From: a virus
Taxonomy: Duplodnaviria; Caudoviricetes
DNA: 64,000 nucleotides
Direction: 5' to 3' (one strand)
Virus record (IMG/VR): IMGVR_UViG_3300028048_000071
Span: 68,933 to 132,932 of that record
Shown: positions 40,010 through 49,351 of the stretch, one piece after another
Layout of the letters: every line of letters starts with the position of its first letter
Position numbering within the stretch: position 1 is the first letter of the stretch
Notes under the pieces: model-generated
Told to the model about the DNA's origin: nothing
The model's database searches: none
The model's input: only the letters and a program-made list of their open reading frames with translations
Translations under genes and position numbers: made by a program

Positions 40010-40460
40010 TATTCTCACCTCTTAATATTTCTTCATATTTACAAATAATTTGTTGTGGATATAAAGAAATTATATTATGATTATCACACTCTTGTAAAGT
40101 CTTTTTATTATCATCAATTATAATACAATCTGAAGGACTTAATCTATTTAAAAAGGCATATCCTATAATGTAATCACATTTTGTTTTAGATTCCTCTGCT
40201 TTTATTAAAAATGGAGAATTTTGTTTTATTTTATCAGGTAAATATTTTTTAATCCATTCTATTTTTTCTTGTTTGCCATCTTCACCACCAACGTATCTAC
40301 TCATAATTATTATATTATCATTTTTATACAAATTACAAATAGCATCTATGACAATTTGAATAGGTTTTTTATTTAAATATAAACCTTTTGTAAATTCAAC
40401 ATTTTGGCAAGTTTCATTTGCAGCCAAAGTATTATCTAAATCAACGAATATTGTTTTCAT
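39993..40460 (-). CDS. HAD-family phosphatase (5'-nucleotidase-like)
   Basis: IFVDLDNTLA, K.EWI...L, IIIDDN. Confidence 0.75.
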   Translation of the reverse strand: MKTIFVDLDNTLAANETCQNVEFTKGLYLNKKPIQIVIDAICNLYKNDNIIIMSRYVGGEDGKQEKIEWIKKYLPDKIKQNSPFLIKAEESKTKCDYIIGYAFLNRLSPSDCIIIDDNKKTLQECDNHNIISLYPQQIICKYEEILRGENNDKVK

Positions 40461-40474
40461 AAATACACCTCTTC

Positions 40475-40960
40475 TTATTTTGATACTATTCTTAAAATAC
40501 ATTGATGAGTAACATTAAATTTTCTTGCAAGAGCTCTTGCTCCAAATATTTTATCATTCTTTATATAATGTTCCTTAATCCAAATCCTATCATAATTAGA
40601 TAATTTGCTGTTTGGATTATTTTCTCCATATAATTGTAATAAACTATTGTTCATTGCGTGTTTAATATTTTGCTTTGCCGTACACCATTCAAGGTTCAAA
40701 TAAGAGTTATCTCCTTTATTACCGCTTATATGATTAATTTGTGGATAATTATTTGGATTTGGTATAAAACATTCTGCAACCGCTCTATGAACAATTATCA
40801 TTTTTTTGTTGTTTTTATTTCCTAATGTTACAACACAACCTAAATAGCCGTGTTTATTAATAGGTCTTAATTTTAAAATATGGTTAGTAATTTTATTTTT
40901 AATTCTACCTAAATTACTAACTTGATAATTATAAATATAATCTTTCCATATTTCTTCCAT
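40475..40960 (-). CDS. NUMOD4/HNH homing endonuclease
   Basis: EIWKD..YQVSNLGRIK, VHRAVA..FIPN, INH..GNK..N...NLEW; start trimmed to avoid the tRNA. Confidence 0.85.
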   Translation of the reverse strand: MEEIWKDYIYNYQVSNLGRIKNKITNHILKLRPINKHGYLGCVVTLGNKNNKKMIIVHRAVAECFIPNPNNYPQINHISGNKGDNSYLNLEWCTAKQNIKHAMNNSLLQLYGENNPNSKLSNYDRIWIKEHYIKNDKIFGARALARKFNVTHQCILRIVSK

Positions 40961-40979
40961 ACTTGACACCACCTTAGAA

Positions 40980-41056
40980 TGGCTGCCGGGGTAAGTCTCG
41001 AACTTACAAATTCTGGTGTCAAAGACCAGTGGCTTTACCAATTTGCCTACCCGGCA
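40980..41056 (-). tRNA. tRNA-Gln(UUG)
   Basis: Cloverleaf, CTGGT-CTTTGAC-ACCAG, CCA end. Confidence 0.9.
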
Positions 41057-41070
41057 ATTTATTTTTATTT

Positions 41071-41145
41071 TGGTAGAGGAACAGGGATTTGAACCCTGAA
41101 TAATGCCGTATCAGAGCATCGTGATAACCATTTCACCATTCCTCT
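41071..41145 (-). tRNA. tRNA-Ile(GAU)
   Basis: ATGCT-CTGATAC-GGCAT, CCA end. Confidence 0.75.
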
Positions 41146-41303
41146 ATATAAAATAGGATAACATTTGTATAGTAAAGGGTCGACCAAACATTCTATACGC
41201 ACCTATAGTTTTCTAAAACTGATTATTAATCCACGTTGTGCCATTGTGGTTAGCAGTTGCTCCTACGTTTCTGCTTCACAGTTTAAACCTATATAATTCA
41301 ATT

Positions 41304-41377
41304 TGGAGTGGGTAGACGGAATCGAACCGACATTATCAGCTTGGAAGGCTGAAGTCCTACCTTTAAACGATACCCAC
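41304..41377 (-). tRNA. tRNA-Gly(UCC)
   Basis: TCAGC-CTTCCAA-GCTGA. Confidence 0.92.
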
Positions 41378-41381
41378 ATAA

Positions 41382-41457
41382 TGGTGGTCAGAGGTGGGAT
41401 TGAACCACCGACACCAAGATTTTCAGTCTTGTGCTCTACCGACTGAGCTATCCGACC
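41382..41457 (-). tRNA. tRNA-Phe(GAA)
   Basis: CAAGA-CTGAAAA-TCTTG. Confidence 0.92.
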
Positions 41458-41611
41458 ACTTTTTAAGGTATTTATTATGATAATATTTAGCTAATTTTTT
41501 ATAAAACCAATATCTTATTTTATGATTATAATACCAATGAACACTGGCTTTTCTTTCAGCATATATTTCCTTTTCTATTAAATTCATAAAACACCTTCTA
41601 ATTCTTTATTT

Positions 41612-41687
41612 TGGTACCCTGTAAGGGACTCGAACCCTTGAATGTCTGATAGAAAGTCAGATGTGTTAGCCACTTCACCAACAGGGC
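41612..41687 (-). tRNA. tRNA-Glu(UUC)
   Basis: TCTGA-CTTTCTA-TCAGA. Confidence 0.88.
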
Positions 41688-41776
41688 ATATCGGGTGTCG
41701 GGCGGATTTACAACCATAACTTAAGCTCTCTTTTGCTTTTGAAAAGACCAGTATTTTAAGGTCGACTTCTTAAAAC

Positions 41777-42316
41777 TTAATCTTTATCGCAGGTTGACCC
41801 AACATTTAGTATTTCTTTAGCACGAACATATGTATTATATGTCATTCCTATATTTGTGTCTGTTACGACAAAATTGTTCATTTGTTTTGTTAACATATCT
41901 AAATCGTCATCTATAATAACATAGTTATCTATTTCTGGATGTTGATTTAAATATTCTTCTATTTCATATCCTCTAATATTATTATAATTATATTTTCTAG
42001 GAGTTTCTCCTATTATTTCTATTTCTTTTAATAAACCACTATTATAAAGTGCTTTTTTAGTTTTTTCTAAACCACCATTTCCAAATCTCCAAGTTGATGT
42101 TATAACAATTTTTGCATTTGTTTCTTTACATAATTTATTTAGCCACATTACAGCTTGTCTATTAGAGACTTCTCCGTCATCCGGCATATTTAATTTATAA
42201 TAAAATCCATCTCGTGAAATTTGACCTCTATCTGTTTTAAAAGGTTTAGTGTCTATTATAAGAGTATTAACAACTCCATCTATATCTAAAAAGACAACTT
42301 TATTTTGATAATCCAT
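41777..42316 (-). CDS. HAD-domain protein (RNA-repair-associated type)
   Basis: VFLDIDGVVN, IVITSTWR, RGYEI..YL, YVIIDD. Confidence 0.75.
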   Translation of the reverse strand: MDYQNKVVFLDIDGVVNTLIIDTKPFKTDRGQISRDGFYYKLNMPDDGEVSNRQAVMWLNKLCKETNAKIVITSTWRFGNGGLEKTKKALYNSGLLKEIEIIGETPRKYNYNNIRGYEIEEYLNQHPEIDNYVIIDDDLDMLTKQMNNFVVTDTNIGMTYNTYVRAKEILNVGSTCDKD

Positions 42317-42515
42317 TTGATTTTTCCTCTATTCTTTTATAACCAAATTCTTTTAGCATATCAGTAAATGAAGTTTCTTTATTAGGAACCCATATTCTTG
42401 TAGTTAATTCATAGGCATAAATATTAACTAATCCTTGTTCTTCATTTTTATATGCTTCGGATAAAAGATTAATTAGAACACAAGTTGGTGTCGTTCTTAA
42501 TTCTTTTAAATTCAT
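42300..42515 (-). CDS. Hypothetical protein
   Basis: AGGGGG SD then MNLKELR; start trimmed to avoid the tRNA. Confidence 0.6.
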   Translation of the reverse strand: MNLKELRTTPTCVLINLLSEAYKNEEQGLVNIYAYELTTRIWVPNKETSFTDMLKEFGYKRIEEKSNGLSK

Positions 42516-42541
42516 ATTTATCCCCCTTTTTATTATTTTAA

Positions 42542-42618
42542 TGGTAGCTCCAATTGGACTCGAACCAATGACCTTTCGGGTATGAACCGAATGCACTAGC
42601 CAACTGTGCTATGGAGCT
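42542..42618 (-). tRNA. tRNA(CAU), elongator Met or Ile2
   Basis: TTCGG-TTCATAC-CCGAA. Confidence 0.85.
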
Positions 42619-42674
42619 ATATTGGTGCTCGTGAGAGGACTTGAACCTCCACGGAGTTACCTCCAACGGATTTT

Positions 42675-43270
42675 CTTACCACATTATGTCGCCATAACCA
42701 TATACTAATATATGTTGTAGTCTGGACTATCCCTTAACCATAGATTAAATCCTTAGGTTGCCACCGTCTAGTCTCTACACCTTCCTAATTTTATTAGGCT
42801 TGGCTCGGGATTGTCTCAATGAGAGTTTCCCCGAATTTGATGACATTCAGTCAGAAAGTTTCCTATTCTGCTGCTCTTTTTGACCAAATATTCCGGAACA
42901 ATGTTTAGAGCAGAACCATTTATCTGGATTTTTATTTTTTGAGCGATAATGATTTGCTCTTCTTCTACTATCAACAATGATTTCTTTTTTGCATATATAG
43001 CAATGTTCTATTGTTGAAACCTTTTTAAAATGTTCTTTTCTATGAACAGTTTTATCTTTAACTTCTAAATTTTCAATTACATCATTAGTTTTATTGTGGT
43101 CTTTATGGTGTACTTCTTCTCTATCAGTTAATTCTCTACCTAAATATTGTTCCATTAAATATCTAGCATAAGATTTAGAATGATATTTATTATCAGAACC
43201 TTTATAAACAATAAATCGTCTACCATCTTTTTGTTTATAAATATTCATCATATCACCCTCATTCTTTTTA
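42675..43270 (-). mobile_element. Group I intron in the tRNA-Leu anticodon
   Basis: P AAATTCGGGGAAAC, Q AATCCCGAGC, R GTAGAGACTA, S AAGGGATAGTCC; ends in G; follows U34. Confidence 0.9.
42847..43251 (-). CDS. Intron-encoded HNH homing endonuclease
   Basis: GAGGGTG SD; LMEQYLGREL..EEVHHKDHNKTND.IENL; CxxC...FCSxxC. Confidence 0.85.
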   Translation of the reverse strand: MMNIYKQKDGRRFIVYKGSDNKYHSKSYARYLMEQYLGRELTDREEVHHKDHNKTNDVIENLEVKDKTVHRKEHFKKVSTIEHCYICKKEIIVDSRRRANHYRSKNKNPDKWFCSKHCSGIFGQKEQQNRKLSD

Positions 43271-43326
43271 AAGTCCGTTGCGTCTACCGATTCCGCCACA
43301 CGAGCATATAAGGAAGGCATAAAGCC

Positions 43327-45330
43327 TTAACTTAATAAATCTATTAATGTTTCTTTTGTAATAGCACTTGTTGATAAATCTATGTCTGCTGAAACTTCTT
43401 TTTCTTCTTGAGAAACTTCATTTCCTTCTTCGTCAATAGTTACTATTAATTTTTTATAAGTAGGTTCATTTATTATTTTAGCTCCAGAATCTTTTAGTAA
43501 ATCATTTAATTTTAATTGAACTTTACTATAAGCTTGTAAATAATCAAATGCTCCAAGTGTTATATCATCTTGTCTTGATGTTCTTACACTAGCTCCAGCA
43601 CTAAAATCATTGAAATAAAATTTAATTGTTTCTCCTATAGAAATGAATCCTACAACCATTTGTCTTTCTGACTTTTTAATTACCATATCTATTTTTTCTA
43701 ATATATTATTTGGGTTGATAACATAATTTTTTCTTATGTCAGTTCCATCGCCTTTTGCTATAACAAATTCAAATGGAACATCTTGAGAATTACCTGTAAA
43801 CATATTCAATGTTATTAAGAAAGCACCATATCCATAATTTTTATCAACATAGAATAATTCAGTTGCTCCATTTGGATTTGGGGCATCGGTTACATCACCA
43901 CTAAATAAGATATTTCCTGATTTACTTCTATAAGAAGCATCCCAACCAAATATTTCTGACTTATTCATTTGTTTTAAATCTAAGTCTACTCTTTCTTCTG
44001 AACCTCTTCTTGGCATTTCTCCATAATAAGAACTTTCTTGATTAACACCATTTAAAATATTAGTCCAATGAACACCATAAACTAAATCTTCTCCTCTTGG
44101 AATTTCTAAATAAGAACCTTCTGGAATATTGCCATTAAATTGTTTTTCGCTTGTTGGTGCTGCATATGTTATATTATCTGGTATATAAATTATTTTGTCT
44201 TTAACCTTTAGAGATATTCTATTTCTTAAATGATTATAAATAATTTTATATAAATATTCTAATCTTTCAGTATATTTTGTTTTAGGGTCATTTAACTTTT
44301 TAACATAGCTTTTACCATTTCTTATTTTATAAACAATATTTTCAGTTCCTTTTAGTCTATATAAAATACCATTTATTATTCTTATTTCTCTGAAAATAGT
44401 TATATTATTCAACTCTTCTTGTAATGAAGTTAAATTAATATCTACATTTTCATCAGTTAAACAATCTAATATATTCTTTTTTAATGGTTTATGATTTTTA
44501 ATAGCAAGTTTTCTTAACTTATTAATTATAGTGTTAATTTCCTTATTATCATCTTTATTTTTAAATGCGAGAAATAAATTTTTATTTCTTAAGAATATTG
44601 AAGATAATTTTGAATAACCGTTAGGAGTATTATCTATATAAGATTTTAACATTTTAAATGCCATTTTTTTATCACAATCTTTTATGGAGTTTATAGTATT
44701 ATCATCTTGTATTTTTAATGTATTTCCAGTAGCTTTAAATATTAAAAATCTTAAAAATTCTTCTGGGTTTCTTGGCATAATATTATATTTATCATATAAT
44801 GCTGTTTTTATTTCTCTATTAGATATTTCATCAAATCTATCTTTATCAATATAATCAGATAAAACCATAATATCTTTTATTGTTTGTTCTGATAATGCAA
44901 TACCACTTGTTAATAATACCATTAACTTTTCTGTTAATTCATTTTCAGTTATTGGTTTGATTGTAATAAATTCAACGCCACTATCTTTATCAAGTCCTGG
45001 TATTTCTAGCTTTTCATTAGGTATATAAACTAAATCTGAATCATAAAGTCCTAAACTTTCAAATCCATAAGTTGTAATATAATGAATAATTTGTTGTGCA
45101 ATTAAATCTTCAATAGGGGCATTTTTTACAATTTCAAAATCTTTATGAAATGTTTCATTCCATTTTTTGCCATCTTTACCATATTGTTTAATTGCTTCAT
45201 CAACTATCTCTTTATCGGCGGTATCTGGAATTAATAATCCATATTTTAAACCATCTTCCCATAAAGATTCTGATTTTTCTCCTAAATAACTCTTAAATAA
45301 TCTTAAAACCTCTTTCTTCATCTCTCTCAT
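43327..45330 (-). CDS. Large helical protein with TerD-like C-terminus (candidate Ro/TROVE-like RNA scaffold)
   Basis: HYITTYG, VDLDL, WDASYR, FSGDVTDAP.PNGATE; directly downstream of the Y-RNA-like array. Confidence 0.55.
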   Translation of the reverse strand: MREMKKEVLRLFKSYLGEKSESLWEDGLKYGLLIPDTADKEIVDEAIKQYGKDGKKWNETFHKDFEIVKNAPIEDLIAQQIIHYITTYGFESLGLYDSDLVYIPNEKLEIPGLDKDSGVEFITIKPITENELTEKLMVLLTSGIALSEQTIKDIMVLSDYIDKDRFDEISNREIKTALYDKYNIMPRNPEEFLRFLIFKATGNTLKIQDDNTINSIKDCDKKMAFKMLKSYIDNTPNGYSKLSSIFLRNKNLFLAFKNKDDNKEINTIINKLRKLAIKNHKPLKKNILDCLTDENVDINLTSLQEELNNITIFREIRIINGILYRLKGTENIVYKIRNGKSYVKKLNDPKTKYTERLEYLYKIIYNHLRNRISLKVKDKIIYIPDNITYAAPTSEKQFNGNIPEGSYLEIPRGEDLVYGVHWTNILNGVNQESSYYGEMPRRGSEERVDLDLKQMNKSEIFGWDASYRSKSGNILFSGDVTDAPNPNGATELFYVDKNYGYGAFLITLNMFTGNSQDVPFEFVIAKGDGTDIRKNYVINPNNILEKIDMVIKKSERQMVVGFISIGETIKFYFNDFSAGASVRTSRQDDITLGAFDYLQAYSKVQLKLNDLLKDSGAKIINEPTYKKLIVTIDEEGNEVSQEEKEVSADIDLSTSAITKETLIDLLS

Positions 45331-45355
45331 CTCTCCTTATTTTCATATATATTAA

Positions 45356-45903
45356 TAGGCGAAAAGTAATAAAATACTGTTGCTCTACCAATTGAGCTAC
45401 TCCCCAATATAAATAATAAATTGGCTGGGGAGGTAGGACTTGAACCTACAACACACAGTTCCCTGGCTTTTAAAAGGAACTTTTTATGCCTAATAATAAC
45501 TTTTTAAATTGGCGAGAAGTATTTTCGGTGCTCAGCCACTGAGCTACATACCCCATTATGGGATATGGTGGGAATCGAACCCACGTCCACCGGGTTAACA
45601 GCCCTGTAATAAAGGAACTTCTTTTGCCAATATTTTTCTTATATAATAGGCGAGGACTAATTGGCTGGAATTGAACCAGCAAAACCATTTCTTTCTTCTG
45701 TTAATAAGAGGAAGCCCTTATGCCTTTATAATTAATGTTTAAGGCGGGAAGTAAAACTCCTAAATCCCTGCATTAGTGCGAAAACCGCAAATAAAGGAAC
45801 TTTCTATGCCTTATAAATTTTAAAGGCGGAAGGTAATCTTTTTTCATTTATCAGTATGGAACGGGTCTCTCCCCGTAGTCTTTAAGGAACCTTCTATGTC
45901 TTT
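45356..45903 (-). ncRNA. Five tandem Y-RNA (YrlA)-like units
   Basis: Shared closing bulged stem; two units enclose circularly permuted tRNA halves. Confidence 0.65.
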
Positions 45904-45913
45904 TATTTTTATT

Positions 45914-45992
45914 TGGTTGCGGTGGGTTGGATTTGAACCAACGACCTCTTGGTTATGAGCCAAGCGAGCTAACCAGACTGCTCCACCCCGCT
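45914..45992 (-). tRNA. tRNA-Met(CAU), initiator-like
   Basis: GCGGGGTGGAGCAG...CTTGG-CTCATAA-CCAAG; unpaired 1:72. Confidence 0.85.
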
Positions 45993-46026
45993 ATATAGGA
46001 AGGGGACATCCCCTTCAATTTATGGT

Positions 46027-46998
46027 TTAATACCAACCAACACTTTGAGAATGACTCCAAGCGTTTAATGGAGACCCATATCTTTGAGCTATATATTTAA
46101 GCCCCCAACGGATTTGGGTTTCTCCGTTAGTATAATAGTCTCCTCCTTCACTAGCCATTTTAGAAGCAGGTAATGCCTGAGGTATACCGTGTGCTCCTGA
46201 TGAACTATTATGTGAATTAGGATTCCAGCCAGATTCTCTATTCCATAAATTTACCAAAGCGTTGAAATCTTCTTCTGACCAACCATAGCTATTTATTACT
46301 AAGTCATAAGCATATGATTGTAAAGCTGATAAGCTATAAGAACTAGAGCTATAAGTCGTTGTGGATTTAGTTTGCTCTGCTTGTCTTCTAGCTTCTTCCT
46401 CGGCTTTTCTTTTGGCTTCAGCTTCAGCTGCTGCTTTAGCTTGAGCCTCTTCATATTCTTTTTTCTTAATCTCTATTGTATCATTTATTTCATTTTGTTC
46501 TGTTTCGTTTTCTACTATTTTTGTAGTTGTTTTAATTGTATATTCTTGACCATCATATTTATTAATTGTTTGTATAAAGTTATTAGCTTCATTCTCACTC
46601 TTAAATAAATAATCTTTCTCTCCTATTTGAACTGAGTAATAAGTTGCATAATAATCATACATCTTAATAAAGCTCTCTTCTATGCTAATCCCATTAGAAA
46701 TAGATGGTCTAAGAGGTAAATTATTTTCTTTAGCAAATTTTACTAAATAAGATAATTCATAATTTACATTTTCATATCCTCTTTCTTCTAAATTTTTAGC
46801 ATAAGTTTGAACTACATCAGTTTCAAAACTCCTGTTCTCTTGTGCAGAAACTTCTAGTTCACTGCTACTATGAACTATTATATTGGTGCCAAATATTATA
46901 AATATACTTATTAAAAAAGTTATTAATAATCCAATGACTTTTCTGCAAAATTTTCTCCTATTTCCCTTTCGGGAGGGGAAACTTTCTTTCTTTGTCAT
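46027..46998 (-). CDS. Membrane-anchored lytic transglycosylase (SLT-like)
   Basis: TM segment, coiled coil, LWNRESGWNP..SSGAHGIPQALP..QIRWGLKYI..RYG. Confidence 0.88.
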   Translation of the reverse strand: MTKKESFPSRKGNRRKFCRKVIGLLITFLISIFIIFGTNIIVHSSSELEVSAQENRSFETDVVQTYAKNLEERGYENVNYELSYLVKFAKENNLPLRPSISNGISIEESFIKMYDYYATYYSVQIGEKDYLFKSENEANNFIQTINKYDGQEYTIKTTTKIVENETEQNEINDTIEIKKKEYEEAQAKAAAEAEAKRKAEEEARRQAEQTKSTTTYSSSSYSLSALQSYAYDLVINSYGWSEEDFNALVNLWNRESGWNPNSHNSSSGAHGIPQALPASKMASEGGDYYTNGETQIRWGLKYIAQRYGSPLNAWSHSQSVGWY

Positions 46999-47036
46999 AT
47001 CTTATCCTTTCACCACAACTATAAAATAATAAAATC

Positions 47037-47112
47037 TGGCATCCCCTCTAGGATTTGAACCTAGGACACTCGCCTTAGAAGGGCGATGCTCTATCCACTG
47101 AGCTAAGGGGAT
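47037..47112 (-). tRNA. tRNA-Arg(UCU)
   Basis: TCGCC-CTTCTAA-GGCGA. Confidence 0.92.
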
Positions 47113-47118
47113 ATATAA

Positions 47119-47203
47119 TGGCGGAGCACACAGGATTCGAACCTGCAAGTCGTTTCCGACCAACGGTTTTCAAGACCGCTTCCTCACCACCCGGACATAC
47201 TCC
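47119..47203 (-). tRNA. tRNA-Ser(UGA)
   Basis: GCGGT-CTTGAAA-ACCGT, long variable arm. Confidence 0.85.
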
Positions 47204-47311
47204 ATATTAAGCCCATAACACCATTGCGAGCGGTCTTATGGGATGGACTTACACATAGGCTTATTAGATACCATATCTCGCTCTACTCTCTCTAATCGTT
47301 TCTATGATGCC

Positions 47312-47542
47312 TTATTCGTTATAATTTCCTTGTTCTTCACGAGCCATCATTTCTCTAAATTGTTCAACTAACCATTTATCTTCAATTGAACGTGAGACAC
47401 ATTCTGTATAATTTCTATGTTGTATTTCGACTTGTTCTTTTAGGTCTCTGTTCTCTTTAGTTAGTTTTAAATTATTATAACCTAAAATCATTAATGAAAT
47501 CAACAGAATTAAACTCAAAGTGAATAAAATTCTTTTCTTCAT
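47312..47542 (-). CDS. Small membrane/coiled-coil protein
   Basis: GAGG SD then MKKRILFTL; start trimmed to avoid tRNAs. Confidence 0.6.
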   Translation of the reverse strand: MKKRILFTLSLILLISLMILGYNNLKLTKENRDLKEQVEIQHRNYTECVSRSIEDKWLVEQFREMMAREEQGNYNE

Positions 47543-47561
47543 ATTTTTCCTCTTTCTTAAA

Positions 47562-47638
47562 TGGTGCTCGTTGAAAGACTCGAACTTCCGACCCCTTGCT
47601 TGTAAGGCAAGTGCTCTAACCAACTGAGCTAAACGAGC
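47562..47638 (-). tRNA. tRNA-Val(UAC)
   Basis: CTTGC-CTTACAA-GCAAG. Confidence 0.92.
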
Positions 47639-47660
47639 ATAAAAAATTATTAATTCCAAT

Positions 47661-47738
47661 TGGAGTGCCCGGAGGGATTTGAACCCACGCATACTGGAGT
47701 TGCAATCCAGCTCCTTCAACCAGCTTGGATACGGACAC
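47661..47738 (-). tRNA. tRNA-Cys(GCA)
   Basis: CTGGA-TTGCAAC-TCCAG. Confidence 0.9.
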
Positions 47739-47744
47739 AAATAA

Positions 47745-47835
47745 TGGCGTTTGGTACTGGATTCGAACCAGTGAATCGAATTAACGATTGACGGTTTAGC
47801 AAACCGTTGGTTTAAGCCATCTCACCCAACCAAAC
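47745..47835 (-). tRNA. tRNA-Ser(GCU)
   Basis: ACGGT-TTGCTAA-ACCGT, long variable arm. Confidence 0.9.
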
Positions 47836-47848
47836 ATACCGAATATAC

Positions 47849-47935
47849 TGGTGGGCAGAGGTGGAGTCGAACCACCGGTGTATCTTACGTCCCAGATTTA
47901 CAGTCTGGTGCCATCGCCTCTAGGCATACCTACCC
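47849..47935 (-). tRNA. tRNA-Tyr(GUA)
   Basis: CCAGA-CTGTAAA-TCTGG. Confidence 0.9.
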
Positions 47936-47943
47936 AAATATTA

Positions 47944-48019
47944 TGGTGGAGCGTAAGGGGTTCGAACCCTTGACCTTCACGGTGCAAGCGTGACGTTCTC
48001 CCAACTGAACTAACGCCCC
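47944..48019 (-). tRNA. tRNA-Ala(UGC)
   Basis: TCACG-CTTGCAC-CGTGA; G3:U70. Confidence 0.92.
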
Positions 48020-48189
48020 ATAAAATGTGATTAGGCTTACGTTTATGTAGTTTTATCTCTTTAATTTCAAGTCTAACTTTTACCATTTGCATACTTTGGT
48101 GTAGACCTACCTAATCTGGAGCCCTTCTTCTAATGCAATTTAACTACGAGGGGCGGAGTGTAAAAAATGAATAAACATAAAAATCAAAC

Positions 48190-48267
48190 TGGTCGGGAAG
48201 ACCCGATTTGAACAGGCGACCTCTAGTTCCCAAAACTAGCGTTCTAACCAAACTGAACTACTTCCCG
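48190..48267 (-). tRNA. tRNA-Pro(UGG)
   Basis: CTAGT-TTTGGGA-ACTAG. Confidence 0.92.
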
Positions 48268-48270
48268 AAA

Positions 48271-48694
48271 TGGTGGAGCTGACGAGACTCGAACTCGTGT
48301 CCAAAAATATTTACTAATCACAAATCTCATTCTTACCTTACAAGTTTTGTCTAGTTCCTATAACATTCCTTATTTCAGTTCCTAGCAATCATAAATAAGA
48401 GAATTGCGTTCCAAGTAATTCTATATTAAGACCACGCAATTTATAATCTTTAATATAGTCCATCTTTGTATCGTTAATCGACTATACTTTCTCTGATGGC
48501 TTCTGATACTCATATAGAAGTCTCTTTTGCTCTCGACTAGGCGAAAGCCACACTATTTAAAGTGAATAAAGATTTAACTTTATTAGAGAATTGTTTTAAA
48601 ATGTTTCCATTTATTTTTAGTTTTGTATTTTACGTTTACCAACGACTTGTATTGTGACTTTTCAACTATTCCTGTCGAAACCAGAAACAGCCCC
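48271..48694 (-). ncRNA. ssrA: tmRNA
   Basis: 5' GGGGCTGTTTCTGGTTTCGAC; 3' GTTCGAGTCTCGTCAGCTCCACCA; tag frame GNILKQFSNKVKSLFTLNSVAFA*. Confidence 0.92.
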
Positions 48695-48697
48695 AAA

Positions 48698-48797
48698 TGG
48701 AGCGGAAGTCAAGGTATTGCCTCATCTTCATTCATACTCATTTTATAAGTTAAGTCGCAATACAACCTTATAAAACCCCTTTGAATTACTCTTCCGC
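48698..48797 (-). ncRNA. tRNA-like RNA with non-cloverleaf core
   Basis: GCGGAAG/CTTCCGC acceptor stem plus TCCA; no D, T or anticodon consensus. Confidence 0.5.
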
Positions 48798-48802
48798 ATA
48801 TA

Positions 48803-48878
48803 TGGTGCCGACTGTAGGACTTGAACCCACAACCTATTGATTACAAATCAATTGCACTACCAATTGTGCTAAGTCGGC
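48803..48878 (-). tRNA. tRNA-Thr(UGU)
   Basis: ATTGA-TTTGTAA-TCAAT. Confidence 0.92.
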
Positions 48879-48884
48879 ATATAA

Positions 48885-48961
48885 TGGCTCCTCAGGAAGG
48901 ACTTGAACCTCCGACCTAGTGGTTAACAGCCACCCGCTCGTACCAACTGAGCTACTGAGGA
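48885..48961 (-). tRNA. tRNA-Asn(GUU)
   Basis: GTGG-CTGTTAA-CCAC. Confidence 0.92.
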
Positions 48962-49021
48962 ATAAAAAAGAGAGAATGCTTTATAAATGTTCTTTTAGGT
49001 GGTATCTCTCTGCCATTCACC

Positions 49022-49351
49022 TTATTGACTAATCATTTCATTAACTTTTTCATCAATATTGTTCAATGCTTTTGTATAGTTATTAAGTTCTTTGATAACC
49101 CTTTGTTCATAATCATCAAAGCTTGCTTTACTTGCTTTATATAAATTCTTTTGTTCTTTTTCATATACTTTAAGCATTTTCTTTTTGGCTCTTAAATACG
49201 CAAGTTTTTCACCAAAATCAAAATCATATTTATCATCTGAAGCACATTTAGCTTTACCTTTAAACACTCTTTGATATTCATCTTTGATGAAAACTTCAAC
49301 AACACCATATTTTTCATTAACCTTGTTTGTTATTTCTTCGATTTTTACCAT
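49022..49351 (-). CDS. Hypothetical phage protein
   Basis: GKAKC..DD.YD...GEKLA..RA motif. Confidence 0.65.
   Translation of the reverse strand: MVKIEEITNKVNEKYGVVEVFIKDEYQRVFKGKAKCASDDKYDFDFGEKLAYLRAKKKMLKVYEKEQKNLYKASKASFDDYEQRVIKELNNYTKALNNIDEKVNEMISQ

Larger units (their letters stand above)
42623..43305 (-). tRNA. tRNA-Leu(UAA), exons 43305-43271 and 42674-42623
   Basis: Spliced ACGGA-CTT|AAAA-TCCGT, long variable arm, CCA end. Confidence 0.9.

Noticed and set aside
45356-45903. CRISPR array or ordinary tRNA genes
   Set aside because: The repeats are degenerate paired ends that enclose structured inserts, no cas genes are present, and the tRNA halves are permuted and lack an anticodon loop.
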